The notes under the pieces are model-generated. The model was not told the origin of the DNA. It searched no databases and was given only the letters and a program-made list of their open reading frames with translations. A stretch of 64,000 nt of DNA from Ophelia neglecta (lineage: Eukaryota): contig OZ260666.1 of the NCBI GenBank assembly GCA_965285935.1, positions 51,088,001-51,152,000 on the forward strand, in the 5' to 3' direction. Position 1 is the first letter of the stretch. Each line of letters starts with the position of its first letter. Positions 9,261-20,654 of the stretch are shown here, one piece after another. The translations under genes were made by a program, and so were the position numbers.

Positions 9261-11945
9261 TTCTGCCTTCGCTTTATCGGCAACAGCTTAGAACTACACT
9301 GGAATCTACAGGTATCCATCTTGCATCTTTATAAACAAGTTTTTTAGGTGTGCGAGTTGAATCAGCCATCCTCTCTTGCCCGTCTTGCCATCTTAAGCTT
9401 GCTGGAGCTTCATGGTCCAGTTTGTTAGGCAAATTTAGTTGCATATAATGATTTTTAACTAATTGTTAGCTTTCCCATGAGATCAATCCATGGTTAACTT
9501 GGTGGTATCGATCGCTCACCAAAAACAACCTGACTGCTGGTGAAAAAAAAAGATATATATTGCCATGGCAATGTAACCTGTATGATTTTTGGCCACTACT
9601 CAATAGCCTGTTAAGCTCTTGGTTTATACAGGGAACATTTCACAGGGATATTCTGTCTAGTTAATATTAAAAGTAACTGCAATAATGTAATGGCGGTCAC
9701 CAGGGATGCACATCTTGTATATAGGCCTAGTTATAAGTGAGGCTATGTCCAAATTATTAAAATGTAACCTAATGTTGATAACTTTGGGAGTAAATTGATT
9801 AATTTAGAAAATATAAAACACAATTTAAATGGGAGGTATGTGTGCAGGACTGAACTAAGGGAACAGAGTTGTGTTTTTAAGTCAACCCTAGTAGCATCCA
9901 GGTATTGTATGCTTTACAATTTCACCTCAGGAGGTCATACTCTTTGCGATTTTGTGTACAGACTTGTTGATTGACAAATAATTTATTTGAAGAAGAGGCA
10001 GTCATAAAATTGTGGGCATCTGGAAATTAAGGACAAAATCCAATGAGTGCCCTTAATTCACAGATTCGACTGTATGTAAATGTCTTTCACCCCAGAGCTT
10101 TTAATGTACAAGAATTTATAAATGTGAGTTATAACTAAAGTTACACAGGACTGTACCAAGCTCAATACATAAAAGAGTGGTTATGTTGCTAAACTGTTGT
10201 AAAGTTTGATATATTCAGTTGCTGTTTGATTTTTAATACATATTTTATTGTATGGCCCAAATAAATTATGCCACTGTATTTTTAATACTTACCAAAAAAC
10301 ATAATGTTTATTCAGGTGGACTAGAGCAGGTAACTGATTCTGATTATATCATTACATTCCAAAGACAACCATTCTTTTTTTCCAAATTGATCAAAATGTG
10401 ATTTCCCTAGCCTGAATGGTCATTTGGTTGTACCTAGATGGCATAATGTGTTGATCTTGTGTTACTGATACTAACATCAACTATGTAATGCATTTCTATA
10501 TCCAGTCTGATTGGTAGCCTACTTTATGGGGCTAGATGCTGGCCGATCACAAACAATTAAAATTAAGATAGGTTTTCAAGGGATAGCACTCTCAATAGCC
10601 TGTCACTTTCATGAATAGTTAATCCATGTTAAATGTGATCAACATAAATGCGAAGCATTATTAATGTACAAAATTGCCCAGTGCCTGCCACTGCTGGGTA
10701 TTGTTTGGTGCATGTGTGTAGAATGTTGACATTCTGTATTAAATAGTTCAATGACTCCTGTTGGTCAATTGTTATGCTTGGATGCCTTGTTCTACCATAT
10801 GTAGACCATTTTAATCAGATGTCTTGTACACTGACCACCAAATTGTTTGGCTTTATTCAAATAGTACAAAGCCATTACTTTGGTTGTATCTGGGTTATGT
10901 TCCCTCTCAGAATGATTGTATGCAAAAAAAAATCAATCTATTTGAACCAGTTAAAATTTCTTACAAGTACCAGGTAAAGTGTAATGGTTTTTCTTTACAA
11001 GTGAGATATGGCTCAGTTTTCATAAACTATATGGTTGATTAGGGAAACTCTGGTAGACTAAGCCTTTGTTACCAATATCTATCGAACTTAAATTTCCCAA
11101 GACTTTAAAATAAAAGATTAAAAGTTACACCAAGCAAAGAGATATTCACCTAAATGGGTAAACTGGTTAAGATTACTTAAGAAGTGTTGGGTACCTTCTT
11201 TTGGTATGTGAGTGTATTGTGCAGTAACCTTGGTCACGGTAGTGGACACAAGTGGACACTGTAGAGGTTTATTAATTGCTGAAACATACAAAAGGAGGAA
11301 ATCCATGTGTTAGGAAGGCCACCACGCACCATTGAGGAAACAAGAAATGTAACGTATAATAAGCATGCTGTGCTTGGAGGAACATCAAATGAAAACACAG
11401 ATTGATAATTACTGATGCTACACATTAATATCCTGTTTGTGACATGATCTGTATTACATTCATATCTCTTGGAACCTGCTAACAAGGTATCTGTTCAACA
11501 AGGTAAAATTAGTTGTTGCAAAAGTTACTTTGATTCTTCAAACTTTATATTTTAAGTCAGTCAGATAGGTTTGAACAACAAAAAATTGTGTATGAGATTT
11601 CAATGTATATTATAGACCTATAAGCCTGTATGATAAGTAGATTATTACCAGACTTCCATCCCTCAGAAATCTGCAAACCAGTTTGAAAGCTATAATTATA
11701 GTCTTACACATTATTAGGAGAAAGACGATATACACACATTGCTGTGCATGTATATATTCAGTAAAGGATTCTGAGAAAAACACACCTATGTAAAAACATT
11801 TAGCCAGGCTTATATATGTGAATATTCACTTGCATATCATTAATTGCAGTTCAATAAATATTGGAGCAGAAATTTCACAAGCCATTGTGAGAAAAGTAAA
11901 GCATTTACTAGGTCTTGGCTCTATCTTTTTAGGATTTTTCCTCCC

Positions 11946-11972
11946 ATGACATTGCTCAGTTGTTTATTCTGA
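11946..11972 (+). promoter_or_regulatory. uORF (MTLLSCLF*) ending 1 nt before the predicted sulfotransferase ATG
   Basis: ATG ACA TTG CTC AGT TGT TTA TTC TGA-A-ATG, inside the exon that follows the acceptor TTTTAG at about 11932. Confidence 0.5.
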
Positions 11973-11973
11973 A

Positions 11974-14464
11974 ATGCGAGCCCACTTCCCAACAGTCATG
12001 GTGACCAAATACAGAGGCTACCTATGGGCCATCTTAATAACAGCTAACATTGTGACCTTCTACCATGCACGCCAGGGTTCGCAGCCAACAAATGGTAGGC
12101 CATACAGCATATAATCTACTTATGAATTGTTGTGAAGAAACTACTAGCTTTAGATAACAAATGCTTAAAGCTCTTGTGTATTATGCTATTATTTTTGTAA
12201 AAAAGTGTGTTTTATCTCAGCCTACATATTGCTATTGCATTATCTAAATTTCCTGAACCTCTCAAAATTAAGTGAGTGGTTTCAAGTAAGTGTTGCGGTG
12301 CATAAACCTTTTTGTCATCATTCTTTGATTTTATTCTATTTGTACATGTTCTTAAAATGTATAGATATGTAGAGAAATATGTATCTTTTATGTAGAGAAA
12401 TATGTATCTTTTATACACTAAGGCATAGCTAGTGAATCCATCTACTTGTATCTAACATTACTCATCTTGTAGGTGATGTAATGGCAGAGACAGACTCCTA
12501 CAGTGTCAGATCTGCTGGTGAGATAGAAACTCAGTCCAAATTTGTAGGTTCCATCTTTAATATATAATACTTTACTATCATTCTCCTACTTGCACATGTA
12601 CATATCTAGATAACTATTTAGAAACTGAATATTTTCAGTGAATAATTCATACCTCCTTAGCTGTCAAATTAGTCCCGGTTAATATATTTATAGTGTAAAC
12701 AAATATAAATACGGAAATTTTGTACCATGTTTTCAGCCTGGATTGAAGTTTGAAGCTGTTCCTCTACCGCCTGACCTTCCTCGCAAAATCTGGATCATTT
12801 CCTATCAGAGATGTGGCTCCAGTTTCTTTGGAGAAATCTTTGATGAGAATCCAGAGGGGTTTTACATGTATGAGCCTTTGGATGCTCTGTACAGTGCTAT
12901 GTACGGTGTCGAGCAGGGATGGAATGTCCCCTCAGAAATCACCTCATTCTGGAACGGCAGTGCAAGGTGATAAAACAGCTCTTTTGAATTAATATGATGT
13001 TACTTTGCATGCATGGGCCACTATCATTAAACTTCATGTGTTGGGAACTGTTTATTTTACAAGACTATATAAAATAATGCTATCCATTCTGATTCTGTGC
13101 CGAGTAGTTAAAGATGAAGGCACACATTTGCTACTCAATAAAAAATATTGTTCCATCTAGAAAAGTTCCCAACAAATATTTAATTATTTGGCCCTTGTTC
13201 CTCTTTTCTACACTACAACAGTATGCTAATACAGGTAACATATATAAATATTATACAGAGCATATTACTCAAGTGATTGAAACTTAATGCATTCAAAGAG
13301 TTCTATAGTGTAATACAATATTATTTATGTTTTTTTATAAATTGAATAGACTTAAGCTTATGACAGTGATAGAACAGCTATGCTGTAGGTCATCATCATA
13401 TTCCAAAACTAGAAATAAGATAATCTTAGTCCTTCTTATTCTTTTATATTTGGAAAACACCTATGTTCAGATCTATGATATTTACCCCTCTAAATAAAAA
13501 TGTCATGGCATAGAACATTTTTAGTCATGTTTCTAATTAATCATTTATCCATCTTAGGTATCCCTTACCAGAAGTTGAAGCTCTTTCAGTGGCTGAGTAT
13601 ATCAACGATCTTCTCTCCTGTAAAATCACATCACTGCCAACTGAACTGTTTCTTAGCAAGTTTCATCTGATGTTCTGGAATTTCCAAGATTCAGTTACTC
13701 CTTTTCTCAAATGTCTCAAAGTGAATTCCACCAGGACTGTTTTAACAGAGTGCCGTAAGGAGCTGGCCTCCGAGTGTCCCTTTAGACTGGGAGAGGAGGC
13801 CAAGATGGAAAAATGTCTGACACATCTTTGGTTACAAAGGCGTACATTGTTGCCCTCTTCAATGAATGCATTTGGAAAATATTGGGGATGCATCCAGGAA
13901 GCAGAGAAGAAAATCCGATACTGTGCTCATGTTCTTGAAGATGTCTGCAAAAAGAAGAAAGTGAGAGCAACAAAAACTGTACGTGGCACAATGGAGTCTG
14001 CAGCCCTGGCCTTGTCCCGGGATCCTAACTTGAGGATTATACACTTGATGCGTGACCCGAGGGCAGTGGTTCTGTCTCGCGAGGCCCTAGATAATAGCAC
14101 TCAGAGTGTGTTCTCCCAGGGAGACCTCATCAAAGAAGCTGCTCTCTACTGCAGAACTGTGGTGAGAGATGTTATAATTAGAAAACAGCTGGAAAAAATA
14201 TACCCAGGAGCCTTCTTACAAGTCATTTTTGATGACTTAGTTCTTGACCCAGTTGGGAACGTTCGAGAAATTTACCGCTTTGCAGACACTCCCCTCCATA
14301 ACAAAACTATAGAATGGATAGAGCTGAACACAAAGACAAATAAAGACTCTCGGTCTATAGCCGAAAAGTGGCAGAAAAAAATCAGTTTTTGGCACAAAAA
14401 ATATGTTGATAAAGTGTGCCATGATTTCTTTAAAGTTGTTCCATATAACTGGATCATTAAATAG
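11974..14464 (+). CDS. Golgi type II membrane carbohydrate sulfotransferase (CHST1/CHST3/GlcNAc6ST-like), about 442 aa
   Basis: Exons 11974-12094, 12473-12543, 12737-12966 and 13558-14464 in compatible phases. N-terminal hydrophobic anchor YLWAILITANIVTFY; 5'-PAPS motif SYQRCGSSFFGE and YMYEPL; KTVR; 3'-PAPS motif IHLMRDPRAVVLSR. The two 5' exons are less certain than the two catalytic exons. Confidence 0.85.
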
Positions 14465-15194
14465 TGTAGAATATAGATTGAATGAATTATAAATATTATT
14501 ATTTAATCGAAAAAAAAAACAGTTTCATGAATGTTTAATTTTGTGATAAAATCCCATGACTGACATGACTCGAGTGTTCAACTTTTTTGCCTGTCACACA
14601 AGTCAATACATGTACATGTACTTGGTCTTCCTGAAGTCATATTTGTTTCAGCTTGTTACTAAATCAGTTGATATCAAAGGAATTCTTTGCTTACAGTTGT
14701 TCAAGCATGATAAAACAAATTGTTTATGGCAGAATTTATGATCCAATGGTAACCTGATTACCCTACATGTAAATAAGTCAGTGGTAAAAAGGAAACCATG
14801 TCAATTTCTGCATGTCACGGATGGCCTGACGCATGCTATTTTATGCTGTGTAAAGATTTCTACAGAAGATCACCTTAATAACATTGACAGTTCACTTCTC
14901 TCATGGCCTGCCCCAACATACCAATAATTTCAGGTGCTGCTTGGAACTTAAGCTCATTGGATTCCTTTTATAGTGTTAGTTCACATGACCAAGGTGGCCA
15001 GTGTTATAAGCTGTTCTACATATCAGACTACAGAATCCTAAATTACAGATCATTAACTGTAATTTGTTTGAAAAAAATTGTATTTATATCTTAAGTTCTT
15101 GAAATGAAAAACTGCCAAAATATTTCGCGATCATTACAGAGTTACCTGTTTTGAATTAGTTGTGTTAAATGTACCAATCATAAAGCTGTCTTGC

Positions 15195-15372
15195 CTGTAC
15201 CGTGGTCCATGCAATGTAGGGCCACCCCTATATCCAAGGAAAAGTGGCCCTACATTGCAGGTGGCCCTTCATCAGAGGTACTTTAACATGGTAAAGATAG
15301 GACTTGGGAATTCAAAAAGTGGCCTGCCATCGCAGGTGGCCCTTCATTGGAGGGGCCCTACATCGCAGGTAT
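15195..15372. mobile_element. MITE-like palindromic element (GGCCAC/GTGGCC family)
   Basis: Inverted repeat TGCAATGTAGGGCCAC / GTGGCCCTACATTGCA plus repeated GCAGGTGGCCCTTCAT modules. Confidence 0.6.
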
Positions 15373-16820
15373 TAAATTTGCATTGTTTGTATCTCTACTA
15401 GACTACTGTTGGTTTTATGATCTCTGAACTCTCTAAATTAAGACATACACACCAAGTAAATGCACCATTCTAAGTTTTTTACTTGAAAGCATGAAAAAAA
15501 CTTTATTGTTGTAGCATGGATATAGTTGCACTACATCAATGGTTGTGGTAACAAAATATAGTTCAACATACATACAATAATCTAACATATTTTTCTGAAT
15601 TTTACATATTGTTACGGTGTGTTAGAACTGGTTTGCTTTACCACATGCCTGTTTTGTAAATAATACCTATAATGAATTTATTTATCTATTTTTTTGCAAG
15701 CAGTTTTGGACTTTTGGCAAAATATTGCCACCAATGTTGCTGTGGTTTTGATGATTTTTCATATATATGTTTCAGGCCATTGGAATGCTCCAATCAAGCA
15801 TGGGAGTCTGACCAAGATTTGTGGTGTCATTGAGTTATTTTCTGCATTTATAGTTATTTGTAATATGGTAGATACTAACTAGTATGCATCTGTGTGAAAT
15901 TCTATGTGAGTGCTTCAAACACCCTCTTTTAAGTGTTCAAATCAGGGTGATACAAACCGCACTACTTACAGTTTATTACCACACCCTGATAATGAGTTAA
16001 TTTCTATTACTATAATATATAGCAGTATTGATAAAGCTATGTACGAAATAAATTTACATATTCATGAATATACGATTACACAATTATTTTTTCGTTACTG
16101 GTATAAGTAATCTTTTGGGGAGTAGTATACATGTACATGGACAGAAACTAGTTGCCTGACTAAGATTACACGCTTAACTTATCTAACAAAAACTAGGAGC
16201 AGGGGGTAATGTACTTATCTATCACTGCCTTTCTGACAAATGAAAATAAAAAAGTAGATCATCTTTTGCCCTTTTTAAGTGTTAAAAGGGCACAACTACA
16301 TATATATATCGTTTATTCTAGGACACCTAGCTAAAAAAAATAAATAAAGTAAAAAAAAACTTCATGTGGTTCAATTAGGGGAGAATTGCAACTGTTTTGT
16401 GTGGCACCATATGAAAATAGTAAATTTGTGTGTACAATTTAATGTGGTGAATTTCAGATATCACATCAGATCCTTTTTAGTGCCAAACCTTAAAAGATTT
16501 ATCCTGGGGGGAGGAGAGGGCACCGCCTTGTGATGCATTGTTGACATATTCAATGAGATGGCCCTAGAAACTAACCGAAATCATGTTCCAATGCACCATT
16601 TTCTCCCCCATATATACTTTATTTGACCTAGTGAGAGAAATACTAAATTAATGTGGTCAGATACTACCGACCCCCAGCAGATGGCAAAAGGCATGTGAAT
16701 CCCCCCCGTGTGTAAAACATATAAATATGGTATACTATCCACCAGTTTTGGTGATCAACTCCAGAAACTAAGCATGAATGAACTCAGTGACAGGCACTTG
16801 GACCAACACATGGACTGATA

Positions 16821-17655
16821 AAAACTAGGCCAACGCTGTCGGGGGGCCGACAGCAAGGGGTATACCGGCGAATGTATGCAACAGTCAATGGGGAACTTGG
16901 CATAAGGCGAGGTAGTGAATATGGCAGTTTTTAGTTGGCAAGAAAGATAACGACCTAAACTAATTTTTGTTTAGGTCATTAATTAAGTTAACTAGTTAAC
17001 TTATTACACAGTACTAGTTAACTTATTACACAGATTGTAGTAGGTTCTATATGACCTCAATAATAATGCAGGTCATTCTTATAGTTGGTTCCATATGACC
17101 TCAATAATAATGCAAAACGACCTTAACTAATTTTTTTCAGGTCATTAATAAAGTTAACTAGTGTACTTATTAGTAGGTTCCATAAGACTTCAATAACTAG
17201 TTAACTTATTACACAGATTGTATATAGTTATTACATGAATCATGACACAAAAGTTCAAGCCAATATCATCTATACTTTTGAATATTTGATAGAAAATGTG
17301 TTTTTGACATAATAAATTAATTATTTTAACTAATTAATAATTATCCGAAATTCACCAGAATAGATCCAGGTCTTCCTCTCAATAAGGTCTATGGCTTAGA
17401 CAAATTTGATAAAGATGTATCAAATATGTTTTGGGCAATTGCAGAAAATGCGTTTCTGACATAATTAAATAATTGTTTTAACAAATTAATAATTATTAGA
17501 ATTTCACCAGAATCTAATTAGTTCCTCCTCTCAATAAGGTCTATGGCTGTGTCAAATTTAAAAAAAGATGTAAGAAATGGTTTTTGAGTTATCGCGTTAA
17601 CGACTAAAATCTGTGGCGGCGGCGGCGCGGTGCTAGTGATTCCATAATATCCGCA
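16821..17655 (+). mobile_element. HINE/DINE-like (Helentron-associated) non-autonomous element with internal tandem duplications
   Basis: Starts AAAACTAG with palindrome GCTGTCGG..CCGACAGC (16835-16854). Repeated ACTAGTTAACTTATTACACAG and CCATATGACCTCAATAATAATGCA units; duplicated TTCACCAGAAT..TCTCAATAAGGTCTATGGCT core; (GGC)n near the 3' end. Confidence 0.6.
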
Positions 17656-17754
17656 TAAATATAATTTCCTACACCCCCCCCTTTGGCCATAAAAATTAAT
17701 CCCTAAAAGTAATTTCGTGGTTCACAGTAAATTAAAATATCAATTATAGAGTTC

Positions 17755-17993
17755 CAGTGGTGGATACAGGATTGCAACGCTACCCCCCCCCCCCCCCAAA
17801 GGGGCCAAAATGTATCAAGCTGTAGTTTTTGAAACTACCAAGTGGTAGTGCACTTCGGGCCTACCTACACAAGCCGAGGCCTAGGGTAGGCCGTAGTATA
17901 GTGACTTGTACATTGGCACCCATATGGTTGTTTAAGTATATTGACCGCCTGGGGGGGGGGGAGGGCCAAATCCAAGGGCTAAATTCACCACTG
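17755..17993. mobile_element. MITE with CAGTGGTGGAT / ATTCACCACTG terminal inverted repeats
   Basis: TIR-like ends with internal poly-C and poly-G tracts that mirror each other. Confidence 0.55.
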
Positions 17994-18840
17994 AGGTCAC
18001 AGTTGCTATTGTAGGGCATAGTTCACAGAAAATGTAACCTTTGTCTTTTCACTGATCCCAGCAAGTTTTCATTTCACATACGTCACACATGGGCCTTCAA
18101 GTCGGTGGTAACACTACTGTCTTGTAAGTAAAAGCACACACATATTTTACATGCTGCCTGTGTACAGCCAATTGGTCATTCAGATTTGAAGACCTCCTAT
18201 ATATTTCGACTACCTGTCTATTCAGACTATCGGTATTTACATAAAGACTTATATTTGCAATGTTATATAGCCTTTCTAAACAGGCCGCCTCCATAAGAAG
18301 AACAGCATGTTTCACTGGGTGGTCAACATTAGGCATGCTGCTCACTAGCATGTTGTGTATATATGGGCTTTTTTCCAAAAACCCTTTTTCGCAGCAGACA
18401 GGCGCCATGCTCAGTCTTCATTATGTGTTTAATACACTGAGTTTTAACCTATAGCATATTTACCCGTTTATGGCAGAATCAGTGGCATTTCACTCAAAGT
18501 CTGATACAAAGTATTAAAACTTAATCTGACAAAATTTACCGGGGCTGCCTTGTTAGTGCTGCTACCTACAGGTGAACAATTTTCAGAACGCTTGACAAGT
18601 GCGACCGACATCTAGTGGCAAATTTTGTGGATAAGAAATAGTTCTTCATAATTCTACATACTGATCTGTTTCGAGAGAAAATAAAATGCATTCAGTTTTT
18701 GAAAATGAAAACAAATTTTACCATTACTTTCTTTCATAAATTCTTTCTTTCCTCAATAGAGTCATTCATTTGTATGAGCCTGTTTGTATAAGTACGCCAT
18801 TTAATTTTTCGAAGTCGAGGCTCTCTGACGGTTATCCGGT

Positions 18841-18850
18841 CTCTTTTCCG
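18841..18850 (+). promoter_or_regulatory. TCT initiator / 5'TOP tract of RPS26
   Basis: CTCTTTTCC 27 nt upstream of the exon-1 ATG|GT, the typical ribosomal-protein gene start. Confidence 0.8.
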
Positions 18851-18867
18851 GCTAGCAGGTCTTCAAG

Positions 18868-20654
18868 ATGGTGGGTTTCGCTCACGTGTTTCCATAAAAA
18901 TAGTATATAAGTCTTTGAATGAAGCGTTAACGTTAGATCGCATAAGAAAACAGTAAAATCAAACTGCTCTGCCTATACATATTGCAATAAGTAAGCAGAA
19001 AATGGTCATAATATTGTTAAAAATCGCGTTATTTGTGGCCTTGCGAATACTCCCCATGTACGAGAGTAAACTTATAAGCTATGATTTCATGAATTATGGT
19101 GGATTTGACAGCTCATTTCAGTCTTTTTCCTGGCTTGATGATAAAGCTGTGCTTTCCTACGCAATAAAGTGTGCTTGCAAACAATGTTATGATGTATATG
19201 GCTCATACACGAGCGGCAACACTCAAATGCTTCCATTTAGGATACTTGTCAAGTACCAGACCAAGTTGTTTAATTAAACATGCACACAAGATGATGGCTG
19301 GCATCCATGTCTAAAAATTTAATGGACACTAGCCTTCAGTACCTAATGATTGTAGTGCTATAATAAAATGGAGTTTACTTTGGTCAGTATTCTCATCAAT
19401 AGGACACTGACCACTCACCTCCAAACATCTAAATCCTATCACTATTCATATGGCAAATGTATCACAGTTCTGCTATTTTTACTCTAATAGCTGGTATTGC
19501 CAAGTAGAACTTGACAATGACACATTAAAAATTGCTATGTTTTATTTTTGTTGTAGACAAAGAAGAGGAGGAATAATGGACGTTCCAAGAAGGGTCGTGG
19601 CCATGTCAACCCTGTGCGATGCACCAACTGTGCTCGCTGTGTGCCTAAAGACAAAGCTATCAAGAAGTTTGTCATCAGAAATATTGTAGAGGCAGCTGCT
19701 GTCCGAGATATTGCTGATGCCTCTGTATACCCCTGTGAGTTTCAGACATTTCATTTCTAGATATTATATTAAAGTTAAGTCAAGGTTTGATCTATTTGTA
19801 TTGTCCTGGTGTTGTATAGAGCTGTAGCCTTGTATGATTGTTCCAAATTAAACCATAGAATGTAAAAATGTGTTCTTCACTGCATGCAAGTCAATCGGTA
19901 TGTATGAAAACATGCATATGCTAGCAGTCTATCGGTAAAATGTTCTTTATTTTTCATTCAGCTGGTACATATGTCCTGCCCAAGCTGTATGCAAAGCTTC
20001 ACTACTGTGTAAGCTGTGCTATCCATAGCAAGGTTGTGCGTAACAGATCCCACTCCGACAGGAAAGACAGGACTCCTCCCCCTAGGTTCAGGCCTGGAAT
20101 GAAGGTATTAATTATTTGAAATTAATACTTTGTTAGGAATTTACCAACAGTTCCTTGGTTTCAAGTGCCTGTTATTATCTGTGATGACCATTACAAAGTG
20201 ACATGAGGCAGAAATAACAAAGGTTGGTTGGTGAAAAAATGGCTGGAAGGTCCTATGACAGCTACCCATATTAAGCCATTAAAAGTGGCTTTTTAGCAGC
20301 TGCCATTAATCTTCAATAAGGTGGCTTTTAACCAATCTTATTTTGTAAACGCTGCCTGTACAAGTGTTAAGGTACAATTGGAACTAGCTTTAATCACTTT
20401 TAAACATTGTCACGGGTCACTGAAAGTTATATCTAATGAAAATAGCCATGCCTTGTATGCAATAAATCTCCATGATTAATACCTCTCATTACATCATATT
20501 TCTATGTGTTCCCTTAATTTTATATTTGATATTTTCACTGTGACCTTCAATGTTACTTTAGTGAAGATCACATGCATTAATATCTGATAGCTTTTTCTTT
20601 TAAATGTACAATTTTATTTTTCAGCCAATGGATAGGCCACAGAAAGACCTGTAA
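18868..20654 (+). CDS. RPS26: 40S ribosomal protein S26 (eS26), 117 aa
   Basis: Exons 18868-18870 (ATG), 19557-19734, 19962-20104 and 20625-20654. [52 protein letters not shown]...[33 protein letters not shown] at 20720. Confidence 0.97.
19281..19430 (+). ncRNA. Box H/ACA snoRNA in RPS26 intron 1; 3' hairpin predicted to guide 18S rRNA Psi822 (human numbering; SNORA44-like target)
   Basis: Two hairpins, H box ATAATA/ATAAAA (19360-19368) and ACA (19425-19427) plus 3 nt. Pocket strands CTTTG (19378-19382) and CACTC (19412-19416) flank upper stem GTCAGT/ACTGAC and pair with conserved 18S GAGUG-U-U-CAAAG. Confidence 0.78.

Noticed and set aside
19108-19225. Second H/ACA snoRNA in RPS26 intron 1
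   Set aside because: The first hairpin is plausible, but the H box is misplaced, the second hairpin is weak and no target was found.
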